From positions 79,546,001 through 79,610,000 of the forward strand of contig CM097884.1 of assembly GCA_044892505.1 (NCBI GenBank): 64,000 nucleotides of DNA. The letters are read 5' to 3'. Under the pieces are notes generated by a model that was not told the origin of the DNA, made no database searches, and worked only from the letters and a program-made list of their open reading frames with translations. Positions 40,854 through 54,187 of this stretch are shown here, one piece after another (position 1 is the stretch's first letter; the number at the start of each line of letters is the position of its first letter). The translations under genes and the position numbers were made by a program. The DNA comes from Schmidtea nova. Taxonomy: Eukaryota.

Positions 40854-41354
40854 ATGAAATCAACGATACTGGATGAATTTCTAACAACCCAACGTCGTGT
40901 GGCACGGGACGAAAATCCTCAAATCCGGACGCAACAGAAGAAATTGAAGCCGCTTCCACAGGAACTTCTCAGAACGCTAAATGCATTGATGTATAAATGG
41001 AGACGGGAACTAGGAAAGAAATGTCCATTTTCGATTTGGGCCGGTGGATTAGATACCATCATATATCGTGGAGGCCCCGGATGGGAAATTCAGGACGAAA
41101 GAGACCGGGAGACGACAGCTCTGTTCATCATAGTGGTGACAGACAGTGAAGGAAATCCAACGACAGTGATCCATTGGGGATATGTCTCACCGCTCAAGTT
41201 GCTTCAATTCGGGTTGATTCCGAATCACCTACCGAAAACGTGCCATGGACGCCCCAAACTAAACTGTTCGATCGCTCACATCCGACGAGATCCAGTCAAT
41301 CACGGATTGCATATTACCCCCGTTCACGGCCTCAAGCGAAGCGTTTTTTACTAA
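40854..41354 (+). CDS. LTR ORF-A, 3' LTR copy
   Basis: Same as 14369-14869 except Y>C and M>I. Confidence 0.6.
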   Translation: MKSTILDEFLTTQRRVARDENPQIRTQQKKLKPLPQELLRTLNALMYKWRRELGKKCPFSIWAGGLDTIIYRGGPGWEIQDERDRETTALFIIVVTDSEGNPTTVIHWGYVSPLKLLQFGLIPNHLPKTCHGRPKLNCSIAHIRRDPVNHGLHITPVHGLKRSVFY

Positions 41355-41537
41355 ACATTATATTCACATTTTTATGAACTAAACTATTTCCATAAATTAA
41401 ATGGTATTGATCTGTGTTTTGTTTGTTCTTAGTTAAATTTATTTCTATTTATTTAATCATATAATTTTTTACTCGACGGATAATATTAATCATTGGTAAC
41501 ATAATTGCTGCATCATAAAATGGGTTTGTTATTTAGT

Positions 41538-42128
41538 ATGACGGAAACTAGCCAACAGCGGGAATTGGATAAGGCGTGGAGAATCCGCCGAGCCTTAGAA
41601 AAGGAGCTAAATCAGGAAAAAGCATTACGAGCCAAGGCAGAAGCTCAGATTCAGTATTTACGGACCAGCTGGTTCACCCCAGCCCGTATGAAGGAGCAGA
41701 TGAGTCGGACAGAAAGGGCTCAAAAGACAGCTGACGATTATCGCACCGAATGGGAGGCCACAAAAATTGAGTTGCGCCGATGTTTCCATTCGGTGACGAC
41801 CTCATTTATCGAGTCCGAATTGAAAGCACAAATCCGACCCATCACCTACCAGAAATGGGTAGGAGAACAGAAAGTGGCCTGCTCGGTCAGTACGGACACC
41901 GATGGGCTCGAGGCAACCACAGTGCAGAGTCGGGTGGAAACCACCACTGTACCAAACCCCGTCGGGAAAACGACCAAGCGAAAGCGAATCGGTTCCAAGC
42001 GCCGTCGCCAAAGAAAGCTGTTTTCTCAACAGTTGCAGACACAAGTAACCACTATGGCAGAAATGTCGGAAACCGAGTGGTTAGCAGAGATGTTCCCTCC
42101 TGAAGGAATTTTCAAAGAATTTCTGTAA
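41538..42128 (+). CDS. LTR ORF-B, 3' LTR copy
   Basis: Same as 15053-15643 except A>T and L>F. Confidence 0.6.
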   Translation: MTETSQQRELDKAWRIRRALEKELNQEKALRAKAEAQIQYLRTSWFTPARMKEQMSRTERAQKTADDYRTEWEATKIELRRCFHSVTTSFIESELKAQIRPITYQKWVGEQKVACSVSTDTDGLEATTVQSRVETTTVPNPVGKTTKRKRIGSKRRRQRKLFSQQLQTQVTTMAEMSETEWLAEMFPPEGIFKEFL

Positions 42129-43179
42129 CAGATAGAATACGATGTCAGATTTTGGAGTTAATTAAATCTTTGCTCGTTTTTGTTTTTGTTGTTGTTATTT
42201 CCTAAGTATTTCCTTCGATTACCTAATTCATATAATTAAATTACCCGTCACACAACGAAAGGAGTAGCGATAAAGAACTTAAATATTATCAAATTCGTAG
42301 TTTCGTTTTGCTTGTTTGTTTTTTTTTGTTTTTACGATAAATACATAACCTCACACACACAATAGAACAATAATTGCGTAAGTCCTTCTACGGCCGCGTG
42401 AACCCGTAAGCATAAAGGGGGAGTAGTCCTAGCAATAGTGCTCACCTGCCCTCATTGCTTAACCACCCTGCGCATCACCAACTTGGTTATCAAGGGAAAT
42501 AATCAAGGGCGCTCGAGTGTAGCTTACGACTATTTATGCATGATCATGGATGGGAGATCCCTAGCAATCATTAGAATTTTTACCAAACCGTCCATGAACC
42601 CAGCAAATATATAAGTTCAAATTCGAAATTGATTTATTAAATTTGTAATTAATTTTCGCTTTACGTATTTACACGCATTTCAATGTACATTAAAACAAAA
42701 AGAAAACACATAAGGTATAGTAACTACAAGAGTTACTTACATATATCCCCCCGGAAAAAGTGCGGCGCATGTGGAAACCATTGTCTGGAGCGAACACACT
42801 TTTTATTTACATATTTATTTACAGGTGTATATAGATTTGCGACAACTTTGGGGAGGTAGAGAAAACAAATAAAAAAAGGGTTTATTGTAGGTTTTCTTTT
42901 TATTATAAGTGTTTTTAGGTTATTTTATGGTGCGTATCAACCGTGTAGGGGTATTTTCCGGGTGTCCTACTGTTCTTTCACGTACGCAATATGCGAAAGA
43001 TTTCTTTTTGGATCTTGTATTTGATGAAGGTCTGTCTTGTTGATTGTTTTTTAGAATCGATTTTTTGTTTGATTGTTTGTTCTTTATGTCTTGAGTTTCA
43101 AATGATGTGTTTGGTTTGTATGTTTGTTCGGTGTTGTTTGGTATTGTTGTATTTGTCTGAAAATCATTCGTTTGATTTT

Positions 43180-45450
43180 AATTATGGATATTGATTTGAT
43201 GAATGTAGCCGTCATTTGGACTGGTACTTAAATGTTGATTGTCCATGAAATTGTGGTTTCTTTTTATGACGTGTTCGACTTCATGGTCTTGTGAATATGT
43301 TAGTTTGATGATACCTAATGTTGGTTTTAATCGACTTAACTTTTGTGTCTGATTTTGTACATCTATGACCACATGTGCGTGATTATTAATGATCTTAGAA
43401 AGTTTGTGTGGGCCTAGATATCTCGGTTTTAAACCAGAGTCAGATGTTGTTCTGATCCAAACGTGAGTTGCTTTTTCAAAACTTCTATGGATATAAGGTT
43501 TGTATGTGGTACTTGTTGTGAATTAATGGTTTGAGTTGATAGTGAAGAAGTGCGCTCTTGCTGTCTCGAGTTCCTCTAAAGTAGGACTGTTTCCAAAATC
43601 TATGATCTCGGAAAGTAATGAAGTTTGTGTTCCGAATAGAAGTCAAGAAGGAGTTGATGGAGTGTTTCTATATCCCATTAAAACGAAAGGTAATGACTTT
43701 GTCCAACCTTTTGAGATAGAGAGTATTCTCAGAGAGGTTTTCAAAGTTCTGTGAAATCGTTCTAATAGACCATTTGTCGGCGGGTGGTATGCTGTAGAGC
43801 TTAAATGCATGATTCCTAATCTTTCAGTGAGATGCTTGAAGATTTGGGATTCAAATTGTGCTCCACAGTGTGTTATGATGTTTCTAAGAACACCGTAACC
43901 GTAAACCCAATTCTGAACGATTTTAGTTGCAACGTTTTTGGCTGAAATTGTTATTAATGGGATCGATTTAAATCAGTGTGTTTTTCTGTCAATCATATTA
44001 AGTATGTGACTATATCCGTTATCCATTGGTAATGGGCCTACTAGGTCGATGTGTACAACATCAAATCGATTTCCAGTTGGAAAATTCATTATCGGCGGTT
44101 TAGTGTTTTTGCTTATTTTGTTTTGTTGAAAAAACAAACATTGTGATATCCAATCTTTTATATCTTTTCTCATGAAAGACCATACAACCCTGGTTCGCAG
44201 GAATTCGTATGTTGATGAAGTCCCTGTGGGGTGTTAGTCGTGAATTGCTGAAAATGCGAGTTTACGTAATGGGACTGCGAGTATAGGTCTCATGCAGCCT
44301 GAAATTGAAATGTCATAGTCGACGACATCGAGATTGAGATGCCCAGGTCAGAAAACGGATGTCTTCTTTTGTTGGCTTGTCTCTCTTGAGTTCGTCGACT
44401 GAAAAGAGTGGCCCGTGAGTTATTGCGCAGGAATTTCTAGAAAAACAATCTGCAACAAGGTTTTCTCTGCCAGCTATATATGTGATCGTGAAACCGTATT
44501 CAGCAATATATGAAATTTGTCTCTGGTGTCGAGGAGATGGGTCTCTGTTAGTTATAGTAAAGTTTCGTCCTTACAAAATATGTGAAAAATATTTAATGGA
44601 GAGGTAAACTGCTAAGAGTTCACGGACGAAAGTTGAGTACTTATGTTGTGCTGCGTTCAGTTTTTGTGAATGGAATTCTAAAGGTTCAGGAGTTCCATGA
44701 TTGATTTGGTGCAACACAGCTCCGATTGCTGTATTCAATGCTTCCATCGTCAAGGTGATCAGAAGATCTGGTTTAATGTATGCCAGTGTTTGTATTTTTA
44801 TTCGTGACTCTTTAACTCTAATAAAAGAGTGTAGAGCTTCGGTGCTCTATTCGACTAGTTAATTTTTCTTTCCATTCGATTAATTTGTCATTGGTGCTAG
44901 GATTTCTGAGATCTTAGGTATGAATCTATGGCAGTAATTTATTCTACCAAGAAAACTTCGAAGTTGTGTCACCATTTTTGGTAGTTTAAAATTTTTGATG
45001 CAATATAGTCTTTCTTGAAAAGGTCTAATCCCAACACTTCTAATGACATGTCCTAAAAACGGGCTTCTTCTTGAAAGAACGAAAATTTTTTATGGTTCAT
45101 TTGTAAGTTATCGGAATTTAGTGCGTTAAAGACTAAATTAAGATGCTTTTCGTGTTCAGTGGTATTTTTGGACCCTATTAAGATATCATCAAGCGACAAC
45201 AAAGTTAAATTTTCCAAATATGTTGTCGATATGTCTCTGGAAGGTTTGTGCTGCGTTTCTTAGTCCAAAAGGCATGTTTTTCATACATCCGTGGGAATCA
45301 TTGGTATTTTGTGATATGCTTTCTATAAGTGAATGGTTACAAAGATTTTGGCGTTCGTTAAACGGCGTAAAACTTCATTTATTAATGGCATTGTTGAGTC
45401 TCCTATAGTCGTCACACGGTCGGTAGGTACCATCTTTCTTGAGTAATAAT
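43180..45450 (-). pseudogene. Decayed Gypsy pol (RT, RNase H, integrase). Gag and PR appear deleted.
   Basis: Fragments GAVLHQ...KYSTFVRELLAVY (RNase H), VHIDLVGPLP (IN), YHPPTNGLLERFH and RT pieces, with many stops. Confidence 0.88.
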
Positions 45451-45766
45451 TGTATTTTTTATTTTCTTTAGAAAAGTTTCAGAATTCATATTTTCAATCA
45501 TATTTCCGTATAGCATAGATTCATCTGATAATGATTGATGTAAAGATTCTACTGCCTCTTCTGACACCATTTTAATTTTAATTAATTAAAATACATCAAT
45601 TATATAATGTAATGTATAAATTATAAATATATATGTTCAAATGCGTAATTGATTTATTAAATTTGTAATTAATTTTCGCTTTACGTATTTACACGTATTT
45701 CAATGTACATTAAAACAAAACGAAAACCTATAAAATATAGTAACTACAAGAGTTACTTACAGCATA

Positions 45767-46420
45767 AATTTTAGGTTTTAATTCGGCTTCTAGTTTGATG
45801 AGATACTTCTAAGCCAACTTTCAAAAGATCTTTCGAAATTGATGATTATTTGGTTACAGTCTTGCTGAAAAAGGAATTTATATGTTTGAATAAATCCAAC
45901 TACAGACTGTACTGGATCTATCTAAATTTATAATGTATTATCTCCAGTATGAAGGGTTACAAAAATATCGTAACCAATTAAACTGAGAAATTAACATCGT
46001 TGCTAGTGACACAGATTCGTTCTTTCTTAGGTTAGAAAATTTATGCTTGATATTCTTTTATCGGCCATGATAAAAGAGATAACTTGCTATGATGCAAATT
46101 ACCCTTTGTATTCAAAGAACCTTTATACTGTCATTGGCAAGTTCAAAGGCGAGAAGAAAAGATTGAAGTATAAGGAGTGTGTGTTTTTCAGGCCAAAATG
46201 TTAGTCTTTTAGGTGACAACGAAATTTAAAAAAGCTAAAGGGGTACCATTGAATGGGTACTGGCATAAAACATTAGTCGTACCTGTATTGTTTTATTAAT
46301 AACGAAATATTTTCTATTCCTTAAACCAGAATCACAAGTAAAAATCATCAAATATTTTCCATTAAAAAGGAAGACTGTACGAATCAACGTTCCAAATGAA
46401 ATAGTATGGCATAATACCTT
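45767..46420 (+). pseudogene. Polinton-type PolB, 3' part (continues 11750-13003)
   Basis: DTDSFF (~46008), GKFK.E, RPK and KAKGV motifs downstream of the second GCATA TSD. Confidence 0.82.
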
Positions 46421-49020
46421 CTTATCGTCGTTCGGCTTAAAATTTTATGAATATACGTCCTGACCATCAAACCATTCCTCTTTCCTCCTTAGGTGCATTT
46501 ACGTAGATCGTTGATAAATTTCTTATAAAAACCGTTCTGCGTCATACCAATAAAAAAATGAGAAGTATTAGAGAACATTCGTTTACTTTTTGTAAGATGA
46601 AAGTCAAAATTGTAATCATTATACGTGCAGAAGCTTTTCGCGACCACCTGTCAACAGCGGAATGCTTATTTCATTTGAATGACAAACGTACATTTTATAT
46701 TTATGCTATGTCCAAAAACAATTAACAAATATACGGCGCAAACGAAAAGATGATAAACTAGTAGCTGTCAGTCAATTTCGAAATTGTCTACTACTAAACT
46801 CATTCACTTTTATGTATCTAATAATTCCCTGACAGTAGAAGAAAAGCTCTGTGGTTTATTAGGATATGGTTCTGGTTGAAAAAGGAATCCATCTTAATAC
46901 GGCATTTAATATTTTAGCTGTTATACTTAAATGGGTATGCTGCGGATATTACTTTATTCCTGCAAAAATAATATCATCCGAACTGTGGGACTGGCAAACA
47001 GACTAATCTCCATTTGGTACGACTCTATTATGCTACACATAGGATCATATTCATAGATCGATGTTTCTACCCTTTCTCTCTAATTGATAAGCTTAGTACT
47101 AATGTATGAAGAATGACAGGAACTATCACTGTTCATCGTTTTGACGTACCACGTCAAATAAATGCCTACCCGAAAGATATTCAGCTCAGTTTAAATAGAA
47201 CCATCCTAAGAGAAATAAGAATGTTCTTCTCATCATTTACACGCATACAAGTTATTCAATTGCTGACCGTGAAAGCAGTAAAGACTTTACGGACTCTTGC
47301 ATTGAGAATTTTATTGCAAACAAAGGACTAACCAATACCCATTTAGTTTTTTGCAATATTCTTAATGTGGCTCTACTTAATTTATTTAATTTTTCTAAGT
47401 CTTAATAGTATGCTGATAATTGAAAGGTATTCATCAAACAAGTGATTTAAGATCAGTTCGCTGCTGAAAATATTTTCTATCGTTTCAATAATACTCACAT
47501 CTACGCATATAACACCATTTATTTCAATTTGGCGTTCATCACAATGCAGTGCCAGACTCATTAACAACGGTGCCTAGAAAACTGGCGAATATTATTTACC
47601 TGTGCTAGGCTGATAGAATTGAAATAAAAATTTTTAATGCATCGAGAAATAAATGCATACAGATAGAGACAAATTCGAAGCATACGATAAAAAATAAAAG
47701 CATAAAGCGTTAAAATAAAACCAAAGGAACTTAAATTATTAAAGCACAAGTATCAGGCATATGAACCGAATTTCATAAGTCAATCGAGGTAAGGGAAGCG
47801 ATGTTGGTGTCCAGATAAATAATTAAGGCCCATGAAAGGTATTAAGAGATCATTTTCTATTGCCTAAATTAAGAGCAACCAATTGAATATGCGAATATTG
47901 GAAAATGAATTGATTTTAAAAAAATCGTATTTTGCGTAAATAATCAATAAATAGGAAATGAAATGATATTATATTATTATTGATAGAGAATAGATAATTA
48001 ATGACTATATTGATAATTTATAAATTGTAGGGAAATGTAGAAAGAAAATGAAAGAAGTATAAAATGAAGTATTTCTGACAAGACTCAGGAGAATATATAA
48101 GTGCGAAAATCGGGTGTCAAGCACCGAAATTTTCAAGAAGGGAAAGAAGACAACAAGAAAGCACAATTCCAGCCATGAATCAGTTTATAACCTGTTTAGA
48201 AATACAAATAATAAAATATGTCAAGCAGTGAAACATCTAAGTAGTGGATACTATAAAGAAAAAAATTGAATTATTCAATATACTTGTCAAATTTTAATTT
48301 TCGCGATTAAAGTTCACAAGGAAAATGCGAAATACCGACTACTAATTATTTCGTTGGTTTAAAAGCAGAAATCACTAAGTCAAAAACATAGTTAGGGATT
48401 TCTGCTTGCATGATAATAGCACAATTGACTTAGTGCAATAAATGTGCCCTTAAAAACCCTCAACAATATCAGTTTACGACTTATAAGGTTTTGCCAATAT
48501 AAAGTTGGCATTATAATGACTTGATTTAGTACAAAAAACAAAAACTTGGAAAATGTACTTAGTGAATTTTGCTTATAAACCAACGATTTATTCATTTAGC
48601 CTACTATTTCTAAAGACAGCAAGAAAAAATAAAGAACAGAAATTGATAATATTGATACTATTCATTCTTCATGTAAAATTAGCAGAACTTGGAACTGAAA
48701 AATATAAATTATTTTGATAATATCCAATAATATGAAATCTGTTGGCAGACAGTATTCCAATTTAGGATAGCCGATTGCGCGAAATAATGTGCTAAGCAAG
48801 TCAACTGCTATCTGAGTCAAATTTTGATATGATGTGTATTGTATGTCGCTAACTTGAACTGTTTTCTAAGTATAGTTAAAAATTTGGAGTTCTACTAGCA
48901 CCCATTCCAAGCAAGCACTGCATAAACTTTATACATAAATGATTTCGAAGCATTTAAAATATGAGATTATCCTAAAATAAGAGTTGGAATTTATATTACG
49001 GCAAGATTAATCAGAGTCCC

Positions 49021-49806
49021 TTAACAGCCTTGAATCATTATCGACGACGCTCCACCCCCGCCATTACAGATAGATGCTACTCCTAGCTCATTCTCCTTTA
49101 AATTATAAGCCAAGTGTAAAATCAACCTCGCACCAGACATTCTGAACAAAATTAGAATTCATAACAAATATAATGGAACTTGTTACCCTATTGGATGACC
49201 CATACTTACAGCTCCTCCGTGAATATTAACTTTTGATGGATCGATTCCTGTAACAGTTTTTATATTTGCCAATACAACAACTGCAAAAGCCTCATTTATT
49301 TCCCACATTGTGATATCTTCAGCAGTTTTATCACAAAGCTTAAGTAGTTTTCTGATTGATTCTGCCGGAGCTATTGGGAAATCGATTGGTTGCAGTGCAG
49401 CATCCGCAAAACCTTTAGGAGATAAGAAAACTACGGAAATAATTTTAATACCTAATATTTTTGCCATTGGAGTTAATTTGTACTTTTTTACAGCGCTTTC
49501 TGATACAATTAATAACGAAGCCGCGCCATCGTTCAATGAACTAGCATTGGCAGCTGTAACTGTACCGTTTGTTTTAAACGCTGCCTTAAGAGATTTGAAT
49601 TTATCAAAATTTACTAGCTTATATTCCTCATCTTCATCAAATATCATTTCCTCATTTTTATTTTTAATAGGAACAGCAACTATTTCCTTTTTGAAGACTC
49701 CATTTTTAGCACTATTTTGACTTTTCTTGTATGAAGCTAAGGCGAATTGATCTTGATCATCTCTACTAATATTCAATGTAGCTGCAGTATTTTCTGCACA
49801 AACTCC
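49021..49806 (-). CDS. ACAT1: Acetyl-CoA acetyltransferase (thiolase, ACAT1-like), last three exons of a host gene
   Basis: [42 protein letters not shown] and [14 protein letters not shown] introns of ~39 bp (near 49413-49451) and ~45 bp (49142-49186). Confidence 0.9.
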
Positions 49807-50886
49807 CTATTTGAAATATTATATTTAAAATCTGGCACTTTTAAAATTAAAAAAAAACATTTACTTAGATAATATCATAATAATCTTCTGGTTTCATCTT
49901 TGATCTATTTTTATTTATATCAATAATTTTCAAAATAACAACTGTATGACAATAGATAAAAATTATTTTTGGTATTATTGGTACACGATTTTTCGAGGAA
50001 AGCCTTTATTTAGGTGTATTTTCTTGATAAAGGAAACTTACACAGTTGATAAAGACTGGGTCAAAATATCGTGTACCAAAAAAAACAAAAAGCTGTTGAT
50101 CTATAGTCATACAATTATAAAAATTATTGATACCTAATGATAAAAAAAAGTAAAATCGCTACATAATCATAAATAATATATAGATTATTTAATAAAAACA
50201 GTTTGATTTACTAAATTTTGGAAAGAAAAAAGATGCAATCCGGCTTTGAATATTCTCGTATCAAAACAGACAATTTTCAAACAAATAATCAACTGTATTG
50301 TTGGGTTTATTTTTAAGTCAGTATAAATATAATTTTCCTCGTGCCCTTTCAAAATCAATTGAAGTCACCCAACACAATAACTTTTATTTGAGTTCAATAC
50401 AAAATTACAATAGCCAACACTTTTAATAGAATTTATACTCTTCCGGCGTTAAGGCTAAGTCTTCCAACGAGAGATCTCTCTTTGTCGTATACAAATAATT
50501 GATTTGATATGCTTGATCTTCTCTGTTTTAACATGTTCTACTAACCTTTTCAAATATATCTTCGACAAACTGGTAAATAGAAAATTTTAGGATCCCTTAT
50601 ATAGGGCTTTCTAAAACAACAAAATAATTAAATTATCTATTTTTAGGAATTCTCCTGAAAGCAATCCAACAATCGAGCTATTATTATTGCTTCCTATTTC
50701 CCCCAATCTCCTAAATTTATTCTTCTTCCCAATTACACAGGTGAAGGCTTTTTCTATTAATTTAATTTATTATTTTTATTAACCGCTCGGGTTCTTTGTT
50801 GGTTCGAGCTTTCCATAATCTCGGGCTTACCATTATCCAATTAAGTTAATTTATAATTTAAAAAAAAATTTGTATTTTCTTAATAC

Positions 50887-50966
50887 ACTAAAACCTCGAT
50901 TTGCGTCGTTAATTGGGACTTGAAAAAGATGACGCAAATCGAAACGACGCAAATCGAGTTTTTAGT
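50887..50966. repeat. Short foldback/MITE with ~24-bp arms. A further partial arm lies near 51172-51197.
   Basis: ACTAAAACCTCGATTTGCGTCGTT ... AACGACGCAAATCGAGTTTTTAGT. Confidence 0.65.
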
Positions 50967-51806
50967 ATTGACGTATGTATAACTATATTTTGTTAATAAG
51001 TACTAACAGAAAACAATTCCTTGTATCAAAAACTATGTATATGTATATAATATGTAGATAATACCAACATAAATGGGACATCCTATTTATATAAAATTTA
51101 AATGAGGCAAACCAAAGTTTTAACGATGCAACTCTGAAATGACGAAAATTCAAGAACGAATCAACTTCGAAAACAACGCAAATCGAGGTTCTAGTATTTT
51201 TTTGTCGGTCCTGTATTGATTTTATATTATTATATCTGTTCTCGTCTCATCGTTTGACATCCGCTCATATCAGTTTCCCCGGAAAAATATTAATCTTTCA
51301 AATTTTTATATAATTTATTTGTTAGTTGTTGAATTTTTACGAATTTACCCTTATCAATCCACAACCGTGTATCAATCCATGCCAGGTGTAATACATGTGA
51401 CTAGAAATGGGGTCAAAGTTTTCGATAAATTAAGTGATAAATTAACCGAGTTCTGGAGAATTGAGTGGAATTAAAGTCGATTTGATAAATAGGAAGAAAT
51501 TGACCTAAAACTTGGACAACGAAAGTATCAAATTTCTTTCCTTAAGTATAGTAAAAGGAGTATAAGGAAAAGGAGAGATGTGGTTCAGAATTTTGATGGT
51601 CAATTGCTGAGTATTTCGAACGTTAACCAGTATGAATACGACGATTGGAAAACTACCTATAAAAACACAAAAATAGGTAAAACATTTCGCGAAATAGATA
51701 CCACAATGTTTGTTAGCAAGATTCAGACAAATTATTATACAATAAGATGATCCTGAAACACATTACATAACACGTCTACCGAAAATTTTTATTTGAATAA
51801 ATAGAT

Positions 51807-51954
51807 CATCGGTCCGGAACCGGCGGCTCTGGAGCCCCATGCGGCTCTTAGCTTCAATATAGCTCGAATATGTCTGTGACTGCGGCTCTTAAATTTCATT
51901 TTTTTGAAATTTTTTGTTGATTTGACTCTACTTAAAAAAGGTTCCCGACCGCTG
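51807..51954. mobile_element. hAT-type MITE (148 bp)
   Basis: TIRs CATCGGTCCGGAACC / GGTTCCCGACCGCTG with a perfect 8-bp TSD AAATAGAT (51799-51806, 51955-51962). Confidence 0.85.
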
Positions 51955-53063
51955 AAATAGATGAACATCGGATGAATGAAACTTTAGTAATGGCCACGCA
52001 CACACGACATAAACTTTCAGGACTTGAAATCTGTATGAATTACGGCAAATTTAGGGTATAAACATCTAATCATAAAATCCGGCGAAAATATAGATCAAAA
52101 GGCGAATCTCACGCGTCAAATTCATGCGTTTATAATACCTAGACAAAATGAATACGATATCTTCAACGGATAACATTAAAGAAGAGGGACCGAAACTAAA
52201 TGCTTATAGTTCCAATCAGAGACAAAGCGACCTCCAACTGAAGGGTTTCGGCAATCTCAAGCCCGTTTCATCGGAAATACGATGAGAAGTGGATATAGCC
52301 ATGTGGAAATGGAAACAAGATCTGAAAATCATATTTTATGATTACGTTATTAGAATTTTATTTACACAGATTTTATTTGATCCTTTGGGTATCAGGCTAA
52401 TTTATGATTTTCAAATCCAGGGGTTTTCAATGTAGGTAATCGAGTAACAAAAAGGGTCTATATATAACGATCTCCTCAAACACTAATAAAGTAATAACAC
52501 AATAAATTTTTATTTTTAAATCAAAGTTTTTTTCTCATTTTATTTAATTTGTCAAATTTTCTGTAAAACATTTTTCTTTTATATTTTTCTGAGTTTTTAG
52601 GGTAAAAATCGAAAATTTCCTCCAATAATTTGTTAATTTTTTGAATCTGTAATTTTTCTCCATAATTGATGTTTTTATATTATTTGTTTTTCACGTGTAT
52701 ATTTGATGCGCTCTTGTTCAGTTTTATTTTTAAACGTGTTTTAATAAATTATTTATGTGTTTTGTTGTTACTTTGTTTTACTCGATGTTTCTCTCGATCA
52801 TATTTTAAGTTTACTTCGTGCGCGCTCTCGAAGTGCTGTAATACTGCGTTATTTAAACAAAATTTAGTTTTTGCCCAAAAATACTATCAATTAATAATTT
52901 CACAAAAAAATTAATTATTATTGTGTATTGTAATAAGATTTTATTGTGTTATTGTGAAGGTATATGTATAGGGGATATCTGTTGAGCCCAGTCGAATCAC
53001 ATGTAAAAGTGTACCAGGACAGCTGGGGTGTGAGCTGTATATATGCGTGGATACTAAACAATA

Positions 53064-53101
<38 letters not shown>

Positions 53102-54187
53102 ATTTGCAATGCCTCCGCATTCGACGACTTTCCGGCCTTTTAGTCGGCGAAACGCAAATCAACCAGTCGATTATGCTTGGCGTTTTCGACGGTCATTCGT
53201 AGAATTTCATCCAATTTTTGTTCTGCGTTCATTTCAAGAATTAGTGCATAACATTCAAAAAGCATTTATTTCATCATCTAACAGTCTACAACAAGCAAAC
53301 AAAAGATTCACTCTATTTTACAATTAAATTTAACAATTGTTTTCGGTTTATCACACTTTCACCACTGAATTCTTAAGTCTAACTTGCAAAGAAAATATTA
53401 TGTTCGGGGAAAATCAATCTGCTCGCTATTTTCACATTCGATTATCAATAGTTATGATTCTTTGAATTTTTGGTATTTTTATGTATAAAATAAAATTAAA
53501 GTTCTCTCGAGATGTTAATCCTAATGTCTGTCTTGCTTATTTAAAGAAAATCTCTAGCATTTTATTAAAATTTAATATTTCAACTTTTCAAAAATTTGCC
53601 GAGGACCTGGCAACGGGTAACGAAGCAAATTTTTCCAATATTTTGTTTTTTAATCCATAGATTTATTTAAAGATTTTGTGGATTTTATTCTTACTTTTGA
53701 ATTTTAAGATATGTTTTAATTTAGGAACTGGACTCTCGGACGGCCCGAGGTCAATTCCATCCATAAGATACTGATTTAGAAGAATCTATATAAGCGAAGA
53801 TACGAGAACTCACTAATTGTGATTGGTCGGTTATAGTAGGGGAATTATTTTCCAAATCATAATTATTGATTGTTTTTATTTTTAAATTTAGAATGGAGTT
53901 TCTTCGTGCTTCAACAATCCAATTGATTACCAAGGTTTTGCCGTAAGTTGCTTTATGTTTCATGTTTTAGGTAAATTATATTTGATTGTTTTAGAAAATT
54001 AAACAATGTTCCTAACACAGAAGATACGAGCTCCGCAATCTATCGTTCCTTTTGGTGGGTTGTTGATCGTCAATATAACCTTGACGTTACTATGGCTCTC
54101 ATCAAGAACTCAACACATAAAACATTAGATTAACCATCTTGTTGCCCGTCACAATGTAACGTTGGTAATGCAACAAATGGGTGGGTA

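Larger units (their letters stand above)
13063..42605 (+). mobile_element. Giant (29,543 bp) env-bearing Ty3/Gypsy (Metaviridae-like) LTR element, Burro-like
   Basis: Two ~3.06-kb direct repeats with TG...CA ends and a 4-bp TSD AATA (13059-13062, 42606-42609). PBS, gag with CCHC knuckles, and PR-RT-RH-IN domain order. Confidence 0.97.
39548..42605 (+). repeat. 3' LTR (3058 bp)
   Basis: Near-identical copy of 13063-16123. Confidence 0.97.
13004..45761 (-). mobile_element. Small decayed Ty3/Gypsy element (~3.2 kb without the nested giant). 5' LTR 45571-45761, 3' LTR split into 13004-13062 and 42610-42741.
   Basis: 5-bp TSD GCATA at 12999-13003 and 45762-45766. ~190-bp LTR copies start TGTAAG on the minus strand. 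PBS TGGTGTCAGAAG just inside 45570 and PPT GGGGGGATATA at 42742-42752 (minus). Confidence 0.88.

Noticed and set aside
46900-47800. Possible decayed DNA transposase on the minus strand
   Set aside because: No convincing catalytic motifs or TIRs.
51500-52330. Possible decayed LINE reverse transcriptase
   Set aside because: Only vague coding-like texture, with no diagnostic motif readable.
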